Of a DNA stretch of 64,000 nt, positions 55,420-64,000 are shown piece after piece. The position numbers and the translations under genes were made by a program. This stretch comes from Octopus vulgaris (taxonomy: Eukaryota), in the NCBI GenBank assembly GCA_951406725.2, contig OX597820.1:49972001-50036000 (forward strand), read 5' to 3'. The notes under the pieces were generated by a model that was not told where the DNA came from, did no database searches, and worked only from the letters and a program-made list of their open reading frames with translations. The first letter of the stretch is position 1; each line of letters begins with the position of its first letter.

Positions 55420-55870
55420 TCTAACACAGCTGTTTGATTGACGGATAAAATTATCTGCGATATTTCTTCTGACTCACTACATTCTGAGATCAAAATTTGT
55501 CGGGGTTGAGTTTGCCTTTGACCCTTGCTGTTTTGATAAAATAATGTTAATTGAGTACTGGGGGTTGATGCAATCGGTTCACCCTTGCCCTCAAAATGGC
55601 TGGACTTGTGTCAAAATTAGAAAAATATATTTTATATTCATTTCAATGTGGTGAGCTAGCAAAGCTGCTAGAGCGTCAGAGAATATGTTTTGTGCTATTT
55701 TTTCCAACTCATTATTTTCTTTTGAGTTTGAATTCCGTCGGTATCAAGTTTGTGTTCATTCCTTTAGGGTCGATAAAATAAGTGATAGTTGAGCACTAGG
55801 ATTGATATAATAGACTAAATCACCTCCAATAAAATTACTGGTCTTGAACCAAAATTTGAAACCAATATTT
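55420..55870 (+). mobile_element. Two degenerate Nin-domain SINEs
   Basis: Family C motif present twice. Confidence 0.7.
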
Positions 55871-55921
55871 TATATTCGTTTTTGCCTATTCTGCGAATGC
55901 TGGTGCAATGGAAGTAGATAA

Positions 55922-56154
55922 TTCTTTTACTTTTTTCAGTCATTTGACTGCGGCCATGCTGAAGCACCGCCTTTAGTCGAGCAAATCGACCCCAGGATTT
56001 ATTCTTTGTAAGCCTAGTACTTATTCTATCGATTTCTTTTGCCGAACCGCTAAGTTACGGGGACGGAAACATACCGGCATCGGTTGTCAAGTGATGTTGG
56101 GGGAGGGGGACAAAAACACAGACATACAAACATACACACACACACACACACATA

Positions 56155-56208
<54 letters not shown>

Positions 56209-56353
56209 GACGGGCTTCTTTCAGTTTCCGTCTATCAAATCCTCTCACAAGACTTTGGTCGGTCCGAGGCTATAGTAGAAGACACTTGCCCATTGTGCTA
56301 CGCAGTGGGACTGAACCAGCAACCATGTAGTTGGTAAGCAAGCTACTTACCCC
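55922..56353 (-). mobile_element. SINE family B
   Basis: Full-length reverse-complement match. Confidence 0.9.
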
Positions 56354-57569
56354 ACAAACGAATCGCTCTGAGACTCAGCGTTTCTTTGACCTCCACTCTA
56401 AATTTGAACCCAGCACCAGCAGTATTCTGCATCTATGTTGCCATAATTCTTTAAAGTTTCTCTTTCTCTTTTTGTTCGACGCACGAAACGCAGGTATATG
56501 TGTATGCGCTAAATGAATAGGAATTCACACTTCTGACTACCTCTTTTTTCTTAATGTATAAAATCTGTACACAGCTTCAAACAATCTGTACACGCATACA
56601 CACACACGCACTCTCAATCTGTACACGCATACACATCCATACGCACTCTCACCTAAACACACACTCATATATACATGTGTATATATATATATATATATAT
56701 ATGCATTTGTGGACATGTGTTAGAGTAGATATATACACGTGTACATATATACACACGCACATGCACATTTCCTTTTTATTTATATGTACTTTGTTTTTTG
56801 CCTTTCCTTTTTATACGTTTTAAAACAAAAATTACAATGCCTACCCACACAACTCATCTTGATTATGAATATTATGTTTTATGCATTTGAAATTAGTTAG
56901 GTGCGATGAGATTTGCAAAACTGAGTAGTCAAAAACAATAAATTTCCATTTTTACACAAAATATTAAAATAAAGAACACCATTTTAAATTTTATTTTAGG
57001 ACATTTCTAACAAGAAATTTTAGCGAAGTAGAAGAACGTGAAAAGAAAACGCAGTAATGTGCAGGTGAGAATGAAGAACAAAGAACATGTTCGAACGCGC
57101 TTTCGCGAAATCTTGAAAGAAAAGAAGTACTGCCACAGTTAATATAGCCTCCTGGCATGTTTATATAGAGATTGCTTTTTGCTGACGTAAAACATCACTA
57201 ATTTTCTCTGATTTTGTTTTACTAGTCAGGAAATTAGTTTGTTTTATAAATTATTCATTTGTTTAATTTTTTTTTTTTTTTTTTCATTTCTAATGGGAAT
57301 TGCTATTATTTTAGTTCATCAATTAACCCTTTAAGACCTGAAATATTACAATATGCAAAAGAAAAAAAAAAAAGAGAAAAAAAGTAAAGATAACAAAGCT
57401 GTTTCTTGATTTAAAATAGCTCATGCGGTGAATTGATAATAACAGCATAATTTAACCGTACACAAAAGCGTACAAGTTGTGCTTAAAATTTTGCAAACAG
57501 CATTTCGAAAGTAAACTGTTGGAGGAATTCCAGCCACGTTTCGTTGTTCGCTACCTCAACAGCCCTTTA

Positions 57570-60228
57570 TAGGATCCAGTTGTTAAAAACATCATCAGGA
57601 GGAACCACGTCCGGTTTCGGCCCATACTCCTCTATCGTTTTCGACGTGGCGGGTCCCACCCGCTTTCGGAGGTGTCTTCAGCTCTGGTATTAAGTGTGTT
57701 TCTTCTTTCTCCTTTTTTTTTTGTGTTTTGGTTTCTTCGATGCAGCATCAATGAATGCCAGCGGGAGAATAACCATCCTGCCAAATTACCTTTTAAATAC
57801 TCACCGGTTGGCTCTAGCAGCCAACACCAGCTAACTGTCACGTGACACTGTCTGAGCTTCAACTGACCAATGGATGAAAACGGCGCGTAGTTTTAGCCCG
57901 CGGCCTCTCTAAACCTGCCTTCCAACAGTGTCGAGTTTGTTTCAGTTCTAGCAGCCAGAGCCGATCAGCCGTTCAGTGGTACAAGCCTTCGAACCAAGAG
58001 AAGGGCGCGCTATGAACGCGATCACAACCTAGTCCCACCTGTCAATCGGTGATTCTGCGTCAGTGTCAGCCAGCCTCACCTAGCGACGCTATTTCCCAGT
58101 CGTCACGTTACGGCTTTGAAGCCATTTGGGGTCTTCTCGCTACAGCCATATATAGAAGCTGGCTTTGTCGACTACCTCCTGTATCCTGCTTATTATATTT
58201 CTCAGCTCTGAGTTCGAAAATGCAAACCTTCTTTTAAATAACGTTGCCATTTTCCTTTCAATGAAGTCCCTAGCCCCCACTGCCAGGTAGTAATACTCGA
58301 CAGTCCAGCCCTGTTTTCTGCACTCTTTGATAAGTTTTTCGTACCTCTTCTCCTTTCGTTTCTCTGCATTGTCGATGTTCTCTTCCCATACCACTGTCAG
58401 CTCTAGCAAGATTCCAATTTTCCGTTCTGTGTTCCATAGGATTAAGTCCGGTCTTTTTGCTGTTTTTATGAGTGGAAATATTAACAGTCTTTCCAAATCC
58501 GCGACGAGCTCCCACTATCCCTTCCATCTTTCGTCTGTCTCGTATAGTTTATTGGAAGACCTGGCTTTATGTCCTTTTCCCTCCTTCTGGAAGTATATTC
58601 TTCCGCGCTTTTCCACTTTTGGGTACTCTTCCCTATTATATCCCTCTATATTCTCCTTGAGTGCTGCGCTTATGACACCAAGGACTTGATTGTGACACCA
58701 TGTATATCTGTCTAATGCTAGCCTGCAGTTTGACAGAACAAGTCTCACCGTCGCTTTCTCTCCGCATCTACATTCGTCAGTTGTTTGTATGTTCCACCGA
58801 ACTAAATTCATCGGTGAGGTTAAAATGGCGAAGGTAGACTTGATCAGGAAGTTCCTTCCAAAGTTCCGTCCATGAGATTCTGCAACTGACCACATTTGTC
58901 TCCCACCTTCTTCCTCCAGTGTACCACTGCCTCTTTTATCTCTTTTGGACTGCTCATGCAAAATGGTTTGAAATTGTGCAACCCTAGACCAGCTCTTGCT
59001 TCTTGCGTCGCTCCGACTATCTCGGCATGCCTTAGCTTTCCGATCGCCCTGTTTACTGCCTCTTCCGCTTTCCATCTCTTCCTTCTTCATACTTTTGGAG
59101 AGTTTTCACGGATGTTCAGATCTGTCGAATACTTTGGCGTCATTACTGTCCTTGCCTTTCCTGCCTTATATTCTCCAGCGATTGATGTTATTGGTAGTTG
59201 CAGCACGGGTTTTCCATATATTGTAGTTGTATTCAGTGGTTTTGGAAGACAAAGCCATTTTCTGATAAACACTCTGCATCTTTGTTCCATCCTTTCTACT
59301 CTACTTGAGGCTATTTCGTACATTTGCAATGGCCACATTATCCTTGGGTACAGTCCAAATTGCAGTATCCAACATTTAAATTTCCCCGGTAATGTTATAC
59401 TGTCAATAGCCTTTAATCCCTGTTCTACTAAATCGTGTGTTTCTTTGATTCTTATTATTTAGTAAATCGCTGTGCCATCTGCCGAGACTCTTTACTGGTC
59501 GGTCTTTCACCGTTGGTATATCTTCATCTCTTATCCTGAATTTCACTTCTTTTTGGACTCCTTTCACGAAAACCACGCTTCGAGATTTTTTGGCTTTGAA
59601 TTTCATTCTCGTCTATCCTATTAGTTTGTCCAACGGCTCTAACGTTCCATCTGCTGCTTCTCTACTTTCTGATAATGCAGTAACGTCGTTCATAAAAGCC
59701 TTTAATGGTGTCTTTGTAACAGATTTCTCACAGTTTGTTGATCTTAGTAACATCTCCATGAATAGCACAAATCAGATGACTGATATCGTGCATCCAGATG
59801 CAATATCTACTTCAAGCTGTTGCCACTCCGTTGTGAATTTTCCTGCTGAAATTCTCATCCTCAAGTTATCGTAGTAACACGAGCATTCGTTGGAAATCTT
59901 CTGGAATCCAAACAAAGTTCATAGCTTCTTGAATTAGAGCACGTGGAACAGTTCCATATGCATTAGCACGATCTAGCCATACAATGTACAGGTTTTTCTG
60001 CTGTTGTTTTGCATAGTTGATAGCTTCCAAGATGACAAATGCATGTTCTATACATCCAGGTATTCCAGGGATCCCTACCTTCTAGATTGTTTCATTAACA
60101 TATCCGTTATGCTGTACGAATCTTATGATTCCAAACATGGCAATGATTCCAAACATGATTTTTCCCATCGGTATTTAATAGTGAAATGGGTCTGAATTGC
60201 CCTAGTGTTTTTGCCTCCTTCTCTTTTA
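57570..60228 (-). mobile_element. 5'-truncated HERO-clade (R2-group, RT + restriction-like endonuclease) non-LTR retrotransposon, pseudogenised
   Basis: RT motifs QFRPISLLNTDGKI, GIPGCIEH, VWLDRANAYGTVP, GCTISVI, AFMNDV, MKFKAKKSRS and VKSLGRW. Zinc knuckle CRCGEKAT..VLSNC..ALDRYTWCHNQVL. RLE RPDLILW...LLELTVVWEENI..A..RK..RY..L. Many frameshifts, and a structured 3' UTR of about 570 bp. Confidence 0.93.
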
Positions 60229-60408
60229 TAACTTTGTATAACTTTTCACGTGTTATATTGAAAAGGCATATGAATGAGAAATATGAATTCTTGCGATGTG
60301 AAATTTAAATTATCACACATCAAATTTTGTGACTTCTCACAAAGTAAAGTATACATTCTTACCGATGAATTTGCTTAACATGAATTTGCTTTTCAGTATA
60401 TATATTTT

Positions 60409-60620
60409 GAAGGCAGCGAGCTGGCAGGAATGTTATAACAGCAGATAAAGTACTTAGCAACATTTCTTCCGGATTTACATTCTGAGTTGAAATTCTGCTG
60501 TGGTCAGCATTACCTTTTATCATATCCGCTTCGATAAGATGATACCAGTTGTGCACTGGGATCGATGTAATCAATACCCACCTAAATTTCAGGCCTTGTG
60601 CCTATAGTAGAAAGGATTAT
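60409..60620 (+). mobile_element. Nin-domain SINE
   Basis: Family C motif. Confidence 0.75.
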
Positions 60621-62134
60621 ATGTATTATGAATAACAATCAAATGAAGTCTGAATGCTGAGCGTTTATGACACATATAACCATTTCGTGTTATTATTCAG
60701 TTGTCCTTTTTCATTTCAGTGCCAGACACTTAAGAGTCCAGACCAATAATGTTATAGAGCAAGCTAATACAATTAAGTAAACCATTGAACATTTGCTATT
60801 TTATTTCAAAAAAGATGTTGACTAAATTATTAAAGTTTCAAATATGACAAATGTAGTAATATACTTTCAACAATAATCTATGAATTCTAATGCTTCTTTG
60901 ATTCTTGCTCATAGGATGCATGAACAAACCGTACTGTACAATTACAAGCACAACCAGAGTCTTCGCGCAGAGTATTTCGTATTGTTCTAGTTTCAGCAAT
61001 ATTGTCTTAGCCAAACATTATCACAACCAGCCAACAAGACTAAAACAGGTCTTCTTCTGATACTTAACCAAAAGAACCGATGATTTCTTTTCATTTGCTC
61101 AAGCAGAAATTTGACAAACAAGCATTATTTTCAGTCAATTTAATTCACTGTTTTTAATTTCATTCATTATGTCTAAACCTTCGACCAAACATAACAATGT
61201 ATTCAGTGTAAATTAGGAATATAATTAAAATTCAAAATTGCATCAGTTTAGAGGTAAAGAAAATGAGTTTTCTTTAAAGAAAAAAACTTTGAAATTTGCT
61301 AGAGCTCGACTCTCCGGACTGCGAAGCATTGCTATTGAAATAAAATTGCTGATTCCTAAATGTAATAAGGTTAGATAATTGCTAGGTGAAGCTGAAAGGA
61401 GAATATAACAAAAAAAGACATAAAGGCGTATAAAAATCTCTTGAATGTTTGCATTTCCATTGTCGGCATTGAAGGATAAAAAAAAGCCAATGAATGAAAT
61501 TGTGAAAAGTCAACTACATTGCACAATTGATAGAGAATGATGTCTCTTGATAATGAAGGATGGCCCAGAAAAGGTGGTACAGGTAGACAGCTTAACTATC
61601 ATATGAAAAGTGAGTGTTATGGCAGATTCACTTATTAAAATCGGCCAAAACATTTGTTTGCAATTATTGCTGTTGATTATATTGATAAATCCAACAAAGT
61701 ATAATCTACACTATGTATCTGTTGGATCAACAAATGTTTGGTGGCTAATAAAGGCTTCGGGTTTTATTACATGCAAAAAAAAAAAAAACTTTAGCAATAT
61801 TTTCAGTTATCAGCTCACAAAACTGCATCTATAAACGCGTATGGTGTAATGCAGGCATCATCATACTTAGAGAAAATCCTTAGAGGCCAAACGTTATAAA
61901 ATACTTCGACCAAAGGCTATTTCTGCATATTGTAGGCAATAGTTTTAACAAGTGAAGGAAACAACAATGTAATTAAAGAGAATGAAAAGTAATATAAGAA
62001 AATATCTGACGTGATGCGCAACAGTAAAAAGATTGTTACTCAAATGATGTATTCGTTATAGAGAGAGAATTGACAAAGTGAATTGAAAAAACAAATCGGT
62101 ATGGAAAAGTCTGAAAGCAATTTGGCAGCTGATG

Positions 62135-62960
62135 CATCAAGATGGATAGCTATGCGTTGCTTCGTTTAATGAACTCGTGTTTCAATTCTAAACTCTCTAA
62201 CGTAATAAAGCTAGTCATTCGCAATAACGTACTCCAACACACTTTAAAACTCTCTTGCTCCCATTCTTCTCTTGACCAGCATTCACAGAACGAGATCCAT
62301 GGAAGATATACTTTCCAAGTCGCTTACCAGCGGGCTGTCCCTTTTGAGGATTTCGGCAAAAACAATGTTGTTGCTCAAGACATCATCAAAGCCTGGAATA
62401 GGGTCTGGAATGCAGATCTGTCGTCAAAACATCCTGTGTACAAGTACCACACATCGCTCATATCTCGGATCAAAACGTTTCTTTCAGGTTGCATCATCAT
62501 GGCTTGTGCTGAAGGAGATCTTTTTGTTCTGATCTCAGTTAACAGTAGTGCGGCCCCACCAAATCATGTTTTGACCCAATTCTCTTCTTGACCCTATGCT
62601 CTTCCTCAATGACCTAACCTTCTAAAGCCATACATAGTCTGTACGCAACTTACATGCCTCGCGATGAACCTGCATTGATTCCTTGAACAGAAAACCAAGA
62701 ATATCTTCTAGTGGGGATTTGCCAAGCTGGTCTCTTTTAACAGCAAAAAACATCAAATACTACTCATATCAAGAAAACACCATAGCAATACAAACTTTCT
62801 AAATATGAATGGTACTCAGCTAAAGTCTTCACTGGTGCTCAGTGTTCTAAACGTCACTATCACCGAGAATGTTTCCTAGCGAAAGCACACATTTAACTTT
62901 GCTTGCACTGCATCTCCAAAGGTGGTTCTTCTCTTCAGGACCAGAAAATATTTCAAGTGA
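62135..62960 (+). mobile_element. Decayed CR1/Jockey-group LINE RT fragment
   Basis: RTRSMEDIL, FGKNNVVAQDIIKAWNRVWNADL (compare ALDISKAFDRVWH), LISRIKTFLS, LFLNDL and WGFAKLVSFNSKK. Confidence 0.8.
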
Positions 62961-63664
62961 AAAGCGTTTACGTTCTCTTTTCTCCCTCTGTTTTCTCTCA
63001 CCGCAATAATAGACTTTGGCAAGTGTACTGCTTCCTTTAGTCAAGATTCCCCATTCGTTTCTCATTTCTTGTGGCTTTTGGATCCAAATCCACAGGTCCT
63101 ACACTAAAAGATATTCCCCATTCATTCCTCCCGAAAAAAAAAAAATAGCATTCTTGAAGTTCATTCAAACTCATATATAATCTGCATAATTATTTTCAGT
63201 CGTAGAGGGCTTGCGAATGTCACAAGCACTGTCACATCCTCCAAACTGTGTAAATAAAATCCTATTCCAGTCTTGGCTGGAATAGGATTTTGCTGTACTG
63301 TCACATTAAGATTAAGATTTTATTCTACCCATTACCTGTTGCTCGTTGCTGAACACTTTGTATGCAAAAGTAAACCATATTAAATTACATTATCTTGAAA
63401 AGACAAACCAAATCATTAGAGAATATTGGTTTAGATATAGATAGGTGTATTGTTCATATGTAGTTATATCTCTCATTCCATCACAGCGACAGATACAGTC
63501 AATACACTACTGGTTAAAAGTGTTGCAAACGAAAGTATTTTGTAGCAGCGGAGAAGTCTAGACTTAAATAGAGATAAGTGGGGAAGCTTAGACATGTAGA
63601 TGTCGTGCGATTCTGGAGACCAGTTATAAAACTGAATGCATTTGCTAAATGCGTGTAAGTCACG

Positions 63665-63774
63665 TATGTATGTATGTATGTATGTATGTCTATATGTATG
63701 TATGTATGTATCTATGTATGTATGTATGTATGTATGTATGTATGTATGTATGTATGTATGTATGTATGTATGTC

Positions 63775-63806
<32 letters not shown>

Positions 63807-63910
63807 TGTATGCATGTATGTATGTATGTATGTATGTATGTATGTATGCATGTATGTATGTATGTATGTATGTATATATGTAGGTAGGTAGGTAGATAGG
63901 TAGGTAGGTT
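63665..63910. repeat. (TATG)n/(TAGG)n microsatellite
   Basis: Direct reading of the sequence. Confidence 0.95.
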
Positions 63911-64000
63911 TGCATGTATAAATGTATATTTGTACGAACGTATGTCCGCATGTGTATATATATATATATATATATATATTTTCCTGCCTGTATATATGTA

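Overview
AT-rich eukaryotic DNA saturated with microsatellites, most likely intronic or intergenic sequence from an octopus. The species call is inferred from the tRNA-Arg-headed OR-like SINEs, the Nin-domain SINEs and the repeat load. Nearly all ORFs in the supplied track are microsatellite translation artefacts, and no intact host protein-coding gene was recognised. Recognisable content: a 5'-truncated HERO-type (RT + RLE) LINE, a Penelope-like element remnant with an inverted hammerhead-bearing pseudo-LTR, CR1/Jockey- and I-group LINE remnants, two Tc1/mariner relics, three Merlin-type GGATC-ended DNA elements (two with 8-bp TSDs), Helitron-like non-autonomous elements and more than 25 SINE copies. 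The most interesting signal is a set of minimal type-I hammerhead ribozyme (HHR) motifs in several short non-coding repeat families. One family, present twice, has a Pol III tRNA-like head, an (AAT)n spacer and an HHR, arranged as a head-to-head inverted dimer; one copy has a 13-bp TSD. It is a candidate Penelope-mobilised 'ribozyme SINE'. A second, more speculative signal is a minus-strand TATA+Inr promoter near 51.25 kb with candidate downstream exons spread over about 49 kb.
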